A DNA stretch of 64,000 bases from Patescibacteria group bacterium (GCA_041652935.1 JBAZGH010000001.1:7393-71392), one strand, 5' to 3'; shown: positions 36,890 to 46,946, numbered from the stretch's first letter. Notes: generated by a model from the letters alone, not told the origin. A program made the numbers and translations.

Positions 36890-38491
36890 ATGCCAAAAAA
36901 TCGATTAAATCAAGTTGCAAAAATAACAATACTGACAATAATAGCCAGTTTTTTTATATTATTCAATAATGCCCGGGCGCAAGCGGATGAAAAAGAAGTT
37001 TTGCAAACAAAACAATATTTTATTAATTTAGATAAAGCGACTATAGCTAGGGGCTACACGGTAGCTGCCTATGAAAACCAGATAAAATTATCTTTAATAC
37101 CGGGAATATTGAATGAATCAACCGGCGTGGATGTTTGGGAATTGCACGAGCCCTTAAATGAGCCATGGCAGTTTAATAGGATAAGCGAAGTTTATCAGTT
37201 TGAATTCCGCAATAAAGCCGCCTACGACAACGAGAAACCATTTATTATCCAGCTAAAATATAATAGCGAGGACAATAATTTAAAGCAGGTTTACTATTTT
37301 GATAAAAACTATAATTCTTGGCGGCCGCTACCGACGCAAGATTATTTTGGCGAACAAATGGCTCGAGCTTATATCCATTTGCCATTTGCCAGAGTGGCGG
37401 TTTTTTCCAATCCGGACGTAATGGCTGTCGGTAATGCCAGTTGGTACGTTTATAAAAATGGGGATTTTGCGGCCTCGCCTGATTTTCCCAAAGGTTCAAT
37501 TTTAAAAGTAACTAATTTGGAGAATAATAAAACCATTGAGGTGGAAATAAACGATTGGGGTCCTGATAGGGCTATCCATCCCGACCGAGTAATTGATTTA
37601 GATAAACTGGCTTTTAAAAAAATAGCTAGTTTAGGAGATGGAATCGTAAGAGTTGGCGTTGAGCCGATTTACATACCGGAAGAAAACGGAAGTGTGCTTG
37701 GAATAAAAATAGACAGGATTAATGAAAATTTAGATATTAATTCCAAGGCTTTTATAGTCCAGGATATAAATTCGGGCGAGGTTATAATCGCCGGCAACGC
37801 GACTACAACTTTGCCCTTGGCCAGCTTGACTAAAATAGTAACCGCCAGCGTTTTTTTAGACACTAATCCTGATTTTAACAAAGTAATAACATATTCAGTC
37901 AAGGATGAAGAAAACAATTGGCCGTATTTGGAAAATAAATATGAATCAATGCGTCTGCAGATAGAGGACGGCGACCAGTTTACCGTTAAAGATGCATTTT
38001 TTTCCACACTGGTTAAATCAACTAATAATACGGCTGAAACTTTAGCGCGGATAAGCGGAATTCCGCGTGAAGATTTTATTAAGAAAATGAACGAAAAAGT
38101 CCATGAATGGGGCGCAACCAGCACTGTTTTTGTTGAGCCGTCCGGGCTGTCGCCGGAGAATGTGTCAACTGTCTCGGATTATGCTATAATAAGTAAAAAT
38201 GCGCTTAAGCATCCAAAGCTTCTTGAAGCAACTACTTTAAAGCGGTACGAATTTACAACCCTGAAGGATAAAAAGAAAGTTATACAAAGCAATACTAATG
38301 AGTTGCTTTATGACAGTTTTTATGTAACTGGGGGGAAGACAGGATATATAGATGAGGTGGGATATTGTTTGATGACTAAAATAAAAACAGGTAACTCTGA
38401 AATAATCGGAGTTTTATTAGGGGCTGATACCCGCGAACAAAGTTTTAATGAAATGAGGGATTTACTTAAGTATGCAAGTCGTAAAAAGTAA
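36890..38491 (+). CDS. secreted RlpA-like (DPBB) plus peptidase S11 D-Ala-D-Ala carboxy/endopeptidase fusion
   Basis: ASWY..AAS..VTN..INDWGP..RVIDL, then SLTK, STN and KTG motifs. Confidence 0.85.
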   Translation: MPKNRLNQVAKITILTIIASFFILFNNARAQADEKEVLQTKQYFINLDKATIARGYTVAAYENQIKLSLIPGILNESTGVDVWELHEPLNEPWQFNRISEVYQFEFRNKAAYDNEKPFIIQLKYNSEDNNLKQVYYFDKNYNSWRPLPTQDYFGEQMARAYIHLPFARVAVFSNPDVMAVGNASWYVYKNGDFAASPDFPKGSILKVTNLENNKTIEVEINDWGPDRAIHPDRVIDLDKLAFKKIASLGDGIVRVGVEPIYIPEENGSVLGIKIDRINENLDINSKAFIVQDINSGEVIIAGNATTTLPLASLTKIVTASVFLDTNPDFNKVITYSVKDEENNWPYLENKYESMRLQIEDGDQFTVKDAFFSTLVKSTNNTAETLARISGIPREDFIKKMNEKVHEWGATSTVFVEPSGLSPENVSTVSDYAIISKNALKHPKLLEATTLKRYEFTTLKDKKKVIQSNTNELLYDSFYVTGGKTGYIDEVGYCLMTKIKTGNSEIIGVLLGADTREQSFNEMRDLLKYASRKK

Positions 38492-38602
38492 CACGAAACT
38501 GCGAAAATATGCGAATATAACGAAAAAAAATTTTCACGAAAAATTTTTGTGGCATTCGCATTAATCTATAGAAATTTTAATCCGTATAATGAATTCGTGT
38601 TA
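38489..38602. repeat. gene-less inverted array element (GxxExxY-flank-like)
   Basis: TAACACGAA/TTCGTGTTA termini, inner ATGCGAAT/ATTCGCAT. Confidence 0.7.
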
Positions 38603-38647
38603 ATGGTTCGTTAACCTTTTTAAATAGCGCTAAGATAATTAAACATT

Positions 38648-39328
38648 ATGATAAGTTTTGAAAACGTCAGCAAGCATTACCCACCCAGCACAAAGGCGCT
38701 GGATGGCTTTAGCTTGGAAATTAAGCCGGGGGAATTCGTATCCATAGTCGGCCAGTCGGGAACCGGAAAAACCACTATGGTAAAATTATTAATCGGAGAA
38801 GAAAGGGCTACCAAAGGAAGAATCGCCATAGGCGATTGGGATATTACCAGAATCAAGCAGCGCGAGGTGCCTTATTTGCGCCGCCAAATAGGAGTTATTT
38901 TCCAGGATTTTAAATTGTTGCCGCAAAAAACCCTATTGGAAAATGTTGCGTTTGCCATGCAAGTTTGCGGGCATCCGCCAAGCGAAATAAGCGCTAAGGT
39001 GCCGCAAATTTTAAAATTAGTCGGGCTCGAGAGAAAGGGGCACCGCTATCCCCATGAAGTTTCCGGCGGAGAGCAGCAGCGGGTCGTTATCGCCCGTTCG
39101 CTGATACACCATCCGAAAATATTATTGGCTGATGAGCCGACTGGAAATTTAGATTCAATTAACGCGGCTGATATTATAAATTTACTGGAAAAAATAAATA
39201 AATTCGGCACTACGGTTATTTTAGTCACCCATAACAAAGAAATAGTAAACAGCTTGCGCCGCCGGGTAGTTACAATAGATGGCGGCCGAGTTATAAGTGA
39301 TCAAAAAGTAGGGAAGTATATCCTTTAA
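38648..39328 (+). CDS. ftsE: cell division ATP-binding protein FtsE
   Basis: GQSGTGKT, PYLRRQIGVIFQDFKLL, SGGEQQR, ADEPTGNLD. Confidence 0.93.
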   Translation: MISFENVSKHYPPSTKALDGFSLEIKPGEFVSIVGQSGTGKTTMVKLLIGEERATKGRIAIGDWDITRIKQREVPYLRRQIGVIFQDFKLLPQKTLLENVAFAMQVCGHPPSEISAKVPQILKLVGLERKGHRYPHEVSGGEQQRVVIARSLIHHPKILLADEPTGNLDSINAADIINLLEKINKFGTTVILVTHNKEIVNSLRRRVVTIDGGRVISDQKVGKYIL

Positions 39329-39332
39329 AAAA

Positions 39333-39424
39333 TAATTCAAATCTATAAATTATATGCAAATACTACAATTAAATTATTTGCATCCATTTGTATACATATA
39401 AATTCGTGCAACATATTTGAATTA
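39333..39424. repeat. gene-less inverted array element between ftsE and ftsX
   Basis: Perfect TAATTCAAAT/ATTTGAATTA termini, inner ATGCAAAT/ATTTGCAT. Confidence 0.8.
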
Positions 39425-39467
39425 ACGGTTTGACCTCCATGTAAATAAGTATAACTTAATTTGAACT

Positions 39468-40385
39468 ATGATTTTAATATCATTATCAAGAATTTTAAAA
39501 TTTGCCGTCCAGGACTTTATCCGCAATTTTTGGATTTCCATTGTGACGGTTACTATTTTAATTTTGTCCTTGTTTTCAATAAATTTTTTAATTGTAGCCG
39601 GAGTTATCAGCGAAGCCGCTATTAAAACTGTTGAACAGAAAATTGATTTAAGTTTGTATTTATCTCCAGCAGCGGCCGAGGAAGACATTAGCGCGCTAAA
39701 GAAGGAATTGGAAAATTTAGACGGAGTTGCCGAGGTTGAATACATATCAAAAACGCAGGCGCTGGAAGCTTTCCAGCAGAAGCATAAAGACAATGCCGAA
39801 GTGCAGGATGCATTAAGGGAAATAGGGGATAATCCGCTGAACCCAAGTTTTGTTGTGCAGGCAAAACTTTTATCTGATTATGAGGCAATAATTAATTCGC
39901 TTGATAAATTAAGCAAGCACACGATAATAGAAAGCAGGAATTTTGACAACCATAAAATTCTGCTAGAGAGCATGAGCAATATTACCGTTAAAACCAGGCA
40001 GGCGGGGATGCTTATCAGTTTTATTTTTGTAGTAATTACCATACTAGTCGTTTTTAACGCCATTAGAATCGCCATCTATACCCATAAAAAAGAAATTAGG
40101 ATAATGAAACTGGTTGGGGCAAGCGATTGGTTTATACGCGCCCCATTTTTGGTTGAGGGCATAATATATGCTTTTATCGGAGTTATTTGCATAATTGCAT
40201 TGTTTTACCCATTTATCCATCTGTTGCAGCCGTATTTAACTACTTTCTTTAACGCCAACGATTTAAATTTATTGGATTATTTTAATAGTAATTTTATCTT
40301 AATTTTTGGCTCTCAATTTTTAGTTGCTGGATTAATTAATATAATCGCCAGCTTATGGGCGATGAGAAATCATTTAAGAGTTTAA
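39468..40385 (+). CDS. ftsX: cell division permease FtsX
   Basis: YISK..AL, NPL, EIRIMKLVGA..WFIRAPF..EG. Confidence 0.93.
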   Translation: MILISLSRILKFAVQDFIRNFWISIVTVTILILSLFSINFLIVAGVISEAAIKTVEQKIDLSLYLSPAAAEEDISALKKELENLDGVAEVEYISKTQALEAFQQKHKDNAEVQDALREIGDNPLNPSFVVQAKLLSDYEAIINSLDKLSKHTIIESRNFDNHKILLESMSNITVKTRQAGMLISFIFVVITILVVFNAIRIAIYTHKKEIRIMKLVGASDWFIRAPFLVEGIIYAFIGVICIIALFYPFIHLLQPYLTTFFNANDLNLLDYFNSNFILIFGSQFLVAGLINIIASLWAMRNHLRV

Positions 40386-40402
40386 TAATAAAATATTATT
40401 TT

Positions 40403-41383
40403 ATGAAATACGATTTAGTTTCAATTGGAGGCGCGGTAGAAGATATAACTTTTTATCCTGATAACGCTATTTTAGTTGATAATAAGCAGGATATCCTAAG
40501 GCAGAAACTGCTTGCTTTTGAATATGGGGCAAAGATAAGGGTTAAAGAGGCGCATTCAACCTTCGGCGGCGGCGCGGCTAATGTTTCAGTTTCAGCCAGA
40601 AGTTTAGGGCTTAAGTCCGCCTGCGTTTGCGCGGTCGGAGATGATTATCGGGGAAAATCAATAATAAAAAATTTAAAAGAGAAGAAAGTTGATGTTAAAT
40701 TTATCCAAAGAATAAAAGGCGATATGAGCGGTTTTTCTTTTTTATTAGTTGGTCCGGGAAATGAACACGTAATTTTTTCCCATCGGGCGGCTAATTCAAA
40801 AATGGAAGTTTCTAATAATATTTTAAAAAAAATCAACAGCCGATGGCTTTACATAACATCACTGTCTGGAGAATGGCATCCGATTCTAAATAATATATTC
40901 AAGCACCACAACCGGTTTAAAATCGCCTGGAATCCCGGCTACATCCAGCTGACCGAAGGCATCGGTTTAATGAAAAAGTTTTTAAAATATACCGAAGTCA
41001 TAAATTTAAACGAAGATGAGGCAATTGAATTCGTGGCGTCCTGCCGCAAAGCCATGAAGGGGCGGGACCAAAGCCGGAAATTTTTAAGCAACGTTAAGAA
41101 TTTATTGGAAGTGATAAAAAGCTATGGGCCGAGTATTGTAATGATAACTAGGGGGAGAAAGGGAGCGGATGCTTATGACGGAAAAAATTTCTATCACATA
41201 AATATAAAAAAAGAAGCCAGGCGGGTTGATACTACTGGAGTCGGAGACGCTTTTGGCTCAGCTTTTGTGTCCGGGCTGGAAATTTATGGGGAAGACATAG
41301 AAAGAGCGATGGATCTTGGAATAAGAAATTCCGCCTCGGTTATAGCGGAAAAGGGGGCGCAGAATGGATTGTTAAAGTTGTAA
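40403..41383 (+). CDS. PfkB-family carbohydrate kinase
   Basis: GGGAANV, NEDEA, T.G..GA, DTTGVGDAF. ATG at 40403 preferred. Confidence 0.9.
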   Translation: MKYDLVSIGGAVEDITFYPDNAILVDNKQDILRQKLLAFEYGAKIRVKEAHSTFGGGAANVSVSARSLGLKSACVCAVGDDYRGKSIIKNLKEKKVDVKFIQRIKGDMSGFSFLLVGPGNEHVIFSHRAANSKMEVSNNILKKINSRWLYITSLSGEWHPILNNIFKHHNRFKIAWNPGYIQLTEGIGLMKKFLKYTEVINLNEDEAIEFVASCRKAMKGRDQSRKFLSNVKNLLEVIKSYGPSIVMITRGRKGADAYDGKNFYHINIKKEARRVDTTGVGDAFGSAFVSGLEIYGEDIERAMDLGIRNSASVIAEKGAQNGLLKL

Positions 41384-41385
41384 AT

Positions 41386-41955
41386 ATGAAAATAAAAATA
41401 GAAGTATCAGGGAGGCATATTCATTTATCAAGCAATGATTTAAATAAGTTATTTGGCAGTGATTATGAATTACAAAAATTGCGTGATTTATCACAGCCAG
41501 GAGAATTTGCCTGTGAAGAAAAAGTTTTATTGCGTAACGGCAATAATGAAATAGCGGTTAGAATTATTGGTCCGGCGCGAGGCATTACTCAAATTGAAAT
41601 TTCGCAAAAAGACGCTGCAGAATTAAATATAAATCCACCCCGCAGAATGTCGGGGGATTTACGCGGCAGCGCGGGTATAAAAATTATTGGACCAAAAGAT
41701 GGGGTTGATTTAATAAAGGGCGTAATTTTATCCCAAAGGCATATTCATTTAGATAAGGGATCAGCTAAAAAATTAAATTTAAGTGATAACCAAAAAGTTG
41801 ATGTGCGAGTTGATAATCAAAAAAGTTATGTATTTAAGGATGTTTTAGTGCGGGTGGGAGAAAAATATAAGCCAGCCCTGCATATTGATACCGATGATGC
41901 CGTAGAAGCTGATATAAAAAGAGGAGAAGTAACGGGGGGCACAATATTGCAATAA
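41386..41955 (+). CDS. pduL: PduL-type phosphate acyltransferase
   Basis: SGRHIHL, LSQPG.FA, R.SGDL.GS, RHIH, HIDTD. Confidence 0.9.
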   Translation: MKIKIEVSGRHIHLSSNDLNKLFGSDYELQKLRDLSQPGEFACEEKVLLRNGNNEIAVRIIGPARGITQIEISQKDAAELNINPPRRMSGDLRGSAGIKIIGPKDGVDLIKGVILSQRHIHLDKGSAKKLNLSDNQKVDVRVDNQKSYVFKDVLVRVGEKYKPALHIDTDDAVEADIKRGEVTGGTILQ

Positions 41956-42013
41956 TCAATTTTTTATGTTAAATTATATTACTAATTAAGCTGGTTTATT
42001 TACCAGCTTTTTT
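41947..42013 (+). promoter_or_regulatory. promoter followed immediately by a terminator-like hairpin
   Basis: TTGCAA-17-TAAATT (TGn), then AAGCTGGT/ACCAGCTT stem plus T-tract. Confidence 0.55.
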
Positions 42014-42038
42014 ACTCCTACAAACCTACAAATACAAC

Positions 42039-42710
42039 ATGACTGTTTATATAATAATTCCAACATATAATGAAGAGAAAAGCATCAGAGCGGTTATTAA
42101 AGACATAAAAAATAGTTTCAATGAAGCCAGGATTATTATCGTTGATGATGCATCTGATGACCAGACGGTTGCCTTTGCACAAAATTTACCTATTGCCATA
42201 ATTTTACAACACGCTGTAAACAGGGGGCAGGGAGCGGCTTTAAAAACCGGTACCGAATGCGCTATAATAGAGGGAGCGGATATTATTGTACATTTTGACG
42301 CTGACGGGCAGTTTTTGGCTGATGAAATTAAAGATATGACAGCGCCCATAGTTAATGGGCAAGCAGATATTGTTTTTGGCTCGCGTTTCCTAGATAAAAA
42401 ATCAAGCATGCCATGGTTGAAAAAAAATATAATAATGCCCTTAGCGCGCTTAATTAATAAAATATTTTTTAATGTTCAATTATCTGATCCGCAGGCCGGC
42501 TTCCGCGCTTTTTCGCGAGAAGCTTATAAAAAAATAGAATGGCAACAGGATAGGATGGCGCACTGTTCGGAAATTATGCGCAATGCTTTCAAAAATAAAT
42601 TACGAATAAAAGAAGTTCCAATAACTGTGATCTATAAAGATTTCGGCCAAAAATTTTCCGGAGGATTTAGAATTTTAAAAGATATGTTTATTGGGAGGTT
42701 TACACGATAA
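42039..42710 (+). CDS. GT2 glycosyltransferase (polyprenol-phosphate mannose synthase-like)
   Basis: IPTYNEE, VDDAS.D, NRGQGAAL.TG, FDADGQ, GSRF. Confidence 0.9.
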   Translation: MTVYIIIPTYNEEKSIRAVIKDIKNSFNEARIIIVDDASDDQTVAFAQNLPIAIILQHAVNRGQGAALKTGTECAIIEGADIIVHFDADGQFLADEIKDMTAPIVNGQADIVFGSRFLDKKSSMPWLKKNIIMPLARLINKIFFNVQLSDPQAGFRAFSREAYKKIEWQQDRMAHCSEIMRNAFKNKLRIKEVPITVIYKDFGQKFSGGFRILKDMFIGRFTR

Positions 42711-42712
42711 CG

Positions 42713-42872
42713 CCCTCACCCCTAACCCCTCTCCCAAAGGGAGAGGGGGAAAATGTCAATTTAACTTTATTTATAATTTTATTAAATAATATAAAATAAA
42801 TAAACTCCAAAATTATTTCTGTTATGACGAGAGGGAACTCCCTCTCCTCGTGGGAGAGGGTTGGGGTGAGGG
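42713..42872. repeat. REP-doublet-like element (two inverted CCCTCACCCC.ACCCTCTCCC..GGGAGAGGG units)
   Basis: Units at 42713-42749 and 42838-42872 in inverted orientation around an AT-rich spacer. Confidence 0.85.
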
Positions 42873-42877
42873 AATAT

Positions 42878-43213
42878 ATGTTCACTCAACAAATCATCGG
42901 TCTGATAATTATCGCTTATTTTTTAATCAGACTTTACTTACAGAAAAAACAAAAACAAATTAACGCTAATGAATTTTATTTTTGGTTAATTTTTTGGATA
43001 ATAGCCGGAGCGGCTGTTTTGCTTTTAAAGCAGATTGATTTGTTGGTTCGTAATTTAGGATTTACCGCTTCCGGAATTGACGTATTATTATATTTAGCGG
43101 TGGTCACGCTATTTTATTTTGTATTCCGCTTGCGCATTCGAATGGCGAGAATAGAACATAATATTACAAGGGTTGTGAGGGAAATGGCTATTAAAAACAA
43201 GAATTATGAATAA
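42878..43213 (+). CDS. DUF2304-like membrane protein
   Basis: 3 TM, W..FW, G...G.D, IE..IT..VRE.A, typical partner of the upstream GT2. Start moved downstream of the repeat. Confidence 0.8.
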   Translation: MFTQQIIGLIIIAYFLIRLYLQKKQKQINANEFYFWLIFWIIAGAAVLLLKQIDLLVRNLGFTASGIDVLLYLAVVTLFYFVFRLRIRMARIEHNITRVVREMAIKNKNYE

Positions 43214-43219
43214 GGAATT

Positions 43220-44281
43220 ATGAATCAGGCATTGAAAATAGGAATAATAATTGTTAACTATAAGGATTATGCCCAGCGGTTCTTATATGATTGCATAGAG
43301 ACCTTACGCAAACAGGAAGGAGAAAATTTAGATTGTCAATTATATATAATTGACAATTCTTCATCTGAAGAAACAAGAGAATATTTAAAAAAACAGGCGC
43401 CGGAGGCAAAGATTATTCCGCGCTCGGACGGAAATTATAGCGCGGCTAATGGGGCGGGAATTGAACAAGCGGGGCAGAATGGCTGTGAATATTTTGTTAT
43501 AGTCAATATGGATGTTGTTTTTAATAAAAATTGGCTAAGTGAATTAGTAAAAGCAGTTAACAGCGATGAACAAGTTGGGATAGCACAATCAAAAGTGATG
43601 CTATGGCCGGAAAAAGATAAAATAAATAGCGTTGGCAATGTTATTAATTTTTTAGGATTTGGGTTTACTCAAGGATATAGAGAAAAAAATAAAGAAATTG
43701 AAGAAATTGAAGAAATTAAGGGTTATGCATCTGGCTGTTCAATGATAATTAAGCTAGAGGTGATAGAGAAAATAGGTAATTATGACTCAGAGTATTATAT
43801 GTATCATGATGATGTAGAATTGGGCTGGCGGACTAAATTAGCTGGTTACAAAATTGTTTTAGCGCCAAAATCAGTTGTTTATCATAAATATGAATTTAGT
43901 CGCTCAGTTCGTATGCTGTACTATATGGAGCGTAACCGCTATATAGCTATTCTCTCTTTTTATAAATTGCCAACAATTTTATTAGTTTTGCCACCGTTAG
44001 TTATTATGGATTTAGGCATGTTGGCCTATTCAATAATTAACGGCTGGTTTGGCACAAAATTAAAAGTTTATTTATATTTTTTACAGCCAAAAAATTGGCA
44101 GCATATTTTTCAGGTGCGTCAGCAAGTTAAAAAATTTCGACAAGTTTCTGATCGTGTTATAATTAAAAATATTGCCGGTATAATTGATCATCAGGAAATA
44201 ATGAATCCAGTGTTGAAATATATAGTTAATCCAGTATTTAATTTATATTGGAAATTTATAAGGGTGTTTATTGTTTGGTAA
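43220..44281 (+). CDS. GT2 glycosyltransferase
   Basis: IVNY, IDNSS, YSAAN..G, SGCSM, YHDDVELGWR. Confidence 0.88.
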   Translation: MNQALKIGIIIVNYKDYAQRFLYDCIETLRKQEGENLDCQLYIIDNSSSEETREYLKKQAPEAKIIPRSDGNYSAANGAGIEQAGQNGCEYFVIVNMDVVFNKNWLSELVKAVNSDEQVGIAQSKVMLWPEKDKINSVGNVINFLGFGFTQGYREKNKEIEEIEEIKGYASGCSMIIKLEVIEKIGNYDSEYYMYHDDVELGWRTKLAGYKIVLAPKSVVYHKYEFSRSVRMLYYMERNRYIAILSFYKLPTILLVLPPLVIMDLGMLAYSIINGWFGTKLKVYLYFLQPKNWQHIFQVRQQVKKFRQVSDRVIIKNIAGIIDHQEIMNPVLKYIVNPVFNLYWKFIRVFIVW

Positions 44282-44288
44282 ATCATCA

Positions 44289-44388
44289 TTTGTCATTCTG
44301 AGCGAAGCGAAGAATCTGTTTGCGTGAATAAGAAAATATTATAAATCCTTCGTCGTTTCGCTAACACTCCACTTCTCAGGATGACAAA
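44289..44388. repeat. palindromic element TGTCATTCTGAGCGAAGCGAAGAATC...CTCAGGATGACA
   Basis: 14-bp terminal inverted repeat with one mismatch (G-U compatible). Confidence 0.8.
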
Positions 44389-44398
44389 AAGAGACATT

Positions 44399-44809
44399 AT
44401 GCTTAAATTTTTAAAACTATTATTAATATTTTCCTGGATGCTGATGATATTTATTAGTTCGCATATTTCTGCTCCGCCGGAAGATTTAACATATCAAAAA
44501 AAACTAATTGATTATACTTATGATAAAAGCATGCACTTGATTTTATACGGCATGCTGGCTTGGCTAATTGTTTATTTTTTGCGCGAGTTTAAAATAAAAT
44601 ACCGCTATATTTTCTATATCGCGGTTATTACAGCTTATTTATATGGTATTACCGACGAATGGCATCAAAGTTTTGTGCCGGGCAGGGGAGTGAGCTATTG
44701 GGATCTTGTTTTTAATGTTATCGGCGCAATGTTCGGCTTTATTGTTTATCGCCTATGGCACGTAGTTAAATATAAGCGTGGTTGGCATGCTAAGCATTTA
44801 CATGAATGA
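44399..44809 (+). CDS. VanZ-family membrane protein
   Basis: DK..H...YG, YGITDEWHQSFVPGR...D...N..G. Confidence 0.9.
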   Translation: MLKFLKLLLIFSWMLMIFISSHISAPPEDLTYQKKLIDYTYDKSMHLILYGMLAWLIVYFLREFKIKYRYIFYIAVITAYLYGITDEWHQSFVPGRGVSYWDLVFNVIGAMFGFIVYRLWHVVKYKRGWHAKHLHE

Positions 44810-44894
44810 AATTTTTTTGAGATTTTGTCAATATGTGGCTAAAAATAGTCAATATGATATACTAAAAATGACTATAATTTTAAATTAATTTTTT

Positions 44895-45938
44895 ATGAAT
44901 ATAGAACAATATTTCAAAATAGCCATTGAAAAAGGAGCGGCTGACCTGCATTTGGTCGGCGGGTCGGTTTCAACATTAAGAATAGGCGAACAATTAATTC
45001 CCATTAGCGAGGAACCGTTAGACAATAAAGAACTTCAGGGGGCGGCTTTGGGGTTATTAGATGAAAATCAAAAAAATCATTTTTTAGAAAAAAAAGAGTT
45101 GGATTTCGGCAAAGAAATTTTAGGCCAGCGCTTCAGGATAAATTTGCATTTTCAGGAAAGTAAAATTGGTTTAACGGCCAGAGTAATAGCAAAAAAGATT
45201 CCGGCCCCGGATAAGCTTGGTTTTACAGACATATTATACGGCCTAACGCATTTGCGCGACGGGCTTATTTTAGTTGTGGGGACTTCCGGTAGCGGAAAAA
45301 GCTCGACTTTAGCGGCTATGATAGATATTATAAACACCGAGCGCAAGGCGCACATTATAACAATTGAAGACCCGATTGAATATATGTTCCGGGAAAAGCA
45401 GAGCATTATTGAGCAGCGGGAGCTGGGAGTAGACACGAAATCTTTTGCTGACGCTTTAAAATCAGCTTTGCGGCAGGACCCGAATGTTATTATGGTGGGT
45501 GAAATGCGGGATCAGGAAACAATCGCCGGCGCTTTAACAGCGGCCGAAACAGGACATTTGGTTATATCCACCCTACACACCTCAAACGCTCCGGAAACAA
45601 TCCAGCGCATAGTTGACTCTTATCCGGCTGATAAAAGAAACCAAATTTTAAATCAGCTGGCATCTAATTTGCGGGCGGTTATTGCTCAAGAATTACTACC
45701 AACCAAAGAAGGCGGGCGAGTGGCGGTTCGTGAAATAATGATAAATAATTCCGCAATTGCCAATTTAATAAAAAATAATGATATGGCGCAGATATTATCC
45801 GCTATCCAGACCGGCGGGGGAGACGGCATGACAACCATGAACCAGTCAATTGATAAGTTATTAGCCGCTGGTATTATTGACCAAAAGGTAGCTGAAAACA
45901 GAAAAAGGGATTTAGAGACAAAGTCAGTTTACTATTAA
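44895..45938 (+). CDS. pilT: type IV pilus retraction ATPase PilT/PilU family
   Basis: GTSGSGKS, TIEDPIE, QRELG.D, ALRQDP, GEMRD, AAETGHL..TLH. Confidence 0.92.
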   Translation: MNIEQYFKIAIEKGAADLHLVGGSVSTLRIGEQLIPISEEPLDNKELQGAALGLLDENQKNHFLEKKELDFGKEILGQRFRINLHFQESKIGLTARVIAKKIPAPDKLGFTDILYGLTHLRDGLILVVGTSGSGKSSTLAAMIDIINTERKAHIITIEDPIEYMFREKQSIIEQRELGVDTKSFADALKSALRQDPNVIMVGEMRDQETIAGALTAAETGHLVISTLHTSNAPETIQRIVDSYPADKRNQILNQLASNLRAVIAQELLPTKEGGRVAVREIMINNSAIANLIKNNDMAQILSAIQTGGGDGMTTMNQSIDKLLAAGIIDQKVAENRKRDLETKSVYY

Positions 45939-45944
45939 AAATAT

Positions 45945-46048
45945 AATGCAAATCCTCAAATTTATTCAAATGCTTCAAATGATTTTTATGCGAATATTAT
46001 ATTTGTGGCTATTTGGGGCATTTGCATTTAATTTGTAGATTTGAATTA
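45945..46048. repeat. gene-less inverted array element after pilT
   Basis: Left AATGCAAATCCTCAAAT..., right ...GGCATTTGCATT...ATTTGTAGATTTGAATTA. Confidence 0.75.
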
Positions 46049-46052
46049 TATT

Positions 46053-46391
46053 ATGCAAATAGAAAAATGGGAAAACATCAAAGGAATGATAAAAGACCAG
46101 TTTGAAGTTGAAGACGAGGGCAAGGAGGAATTGGAGGACGCTCCGAATAGTACCATGGAATTTATTATTTTTAATGGGCCGCTAGGCAAAATAAAGCTGG
46201 AATACATCGTTAAACCGGTGGTGCTGGATAAAAAAACAATCGGTTCTCGTCGAATCGGTTCGGAAACCACAGTGGAGTATATTTACAGCGATGATGAATT
46301 TTCCAATACTTTCAAAGCTTATAAATGGGATGATGACCGAGATGATTGGGTGGAAATGGAAAGGGAGAGGGCAAGCGCGTTTATGGCGTAA
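46053..46391 (+). CDS. acidic hypothetical protein
   Basis: Co-oriented ORF. ATG at 46053 preferred because TTG 46041 lies inside the repeat. Confidence 0.8.
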   Translation: MQIEKWENIKGMIKDQFEVEDEGKEELEDAPNSTMEFIIFNGPLGKIKLEYIVKPVVLDKKTIGSRRIGSETTVEYIYSDDEFSNTFKAYKWDDDRDDWVEMERERASAFMA

Positions 46392-46441
46392 TTCATAAAA
46401 AATTAAACAGAAATTTAACAATAATTAAACAATAATTTTTT

Positions 46442-46885
46442 ATGAGAGCAGTAGTACAAAGGGTAAAAGAATCCAGAGCTAAAATAGACGAGGAAATTAT
46501 TGGAGAAATTAATCAAGGGTTGCTAGTCCTGTTAGCAGTCCATAAAGACGACACGGAAAAAGATATAGTGTGGATGGCGAAAAAGATAGCGCAGTTGCGG
46601 ATATTTGGTGATGAAGATTGTAAAATGAATAAATCCGTAAAAGACACTGGCGGAGAGATTCTTATTGTTTCACAGTTTACATTATACGGCGACTGTGGAA
46701 GAGGAAATAGGCCAAGTTTCATTACCAGCGCCCGGCCGGAAAAGGCAAAAGAGTTTTATGAAAAATTTTTGGAACAAATCCGTTCTGCCGGCATCAAAGT
46801 TGCCACCGGAAAATTTCAGGAACATATGGAATTGGAATTAATAAATGACGGACCGACCACGATAATTATTGACAGCCATCAGTAG
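46442..46885 (+). CDS. dtd: D-aminoacyl-tRNA deacylase
   Basis: [28 protein letters not shown]. Confidence 0.96.
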   Translation: MRAVVQRVKESRAKIDEEIIGEINQGLLVLLAVHKDDTEKDIVWMAKKIAQLRIFGDEDCKMNKSVKDTGGEILIVSQFTLYGDCGRGNRPSFITSARPEKAKEFYEKFLEQIRSAGIKVATGKFQEHMELELINDGPTTIIIDSHQ

Positions 46886-46910
46886 AGACGTGGCACTGCC
46901 ACGTCTCTGT
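46882..46910. repeat. GTAG-type REP-like palindrome overlapping the dtd stop codon
   Basis: GT-AGAGACGTGGCA-C-TGCCACGTCTCT, perfect 12-bp arms. Confidence 0.8.
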
Positions 46911-46946
46911 AGTTAGATAATATAATAAAAAAGACACCAAATTTTT

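Noticed and set aside
42700-42885. ORF 42700-42885(-) and the N-terminal extensions of 42824, 44381 and 46041
   Set aside because: They are translations of palindromic repeat DNA. Downstream ATGs give family-typical starts.
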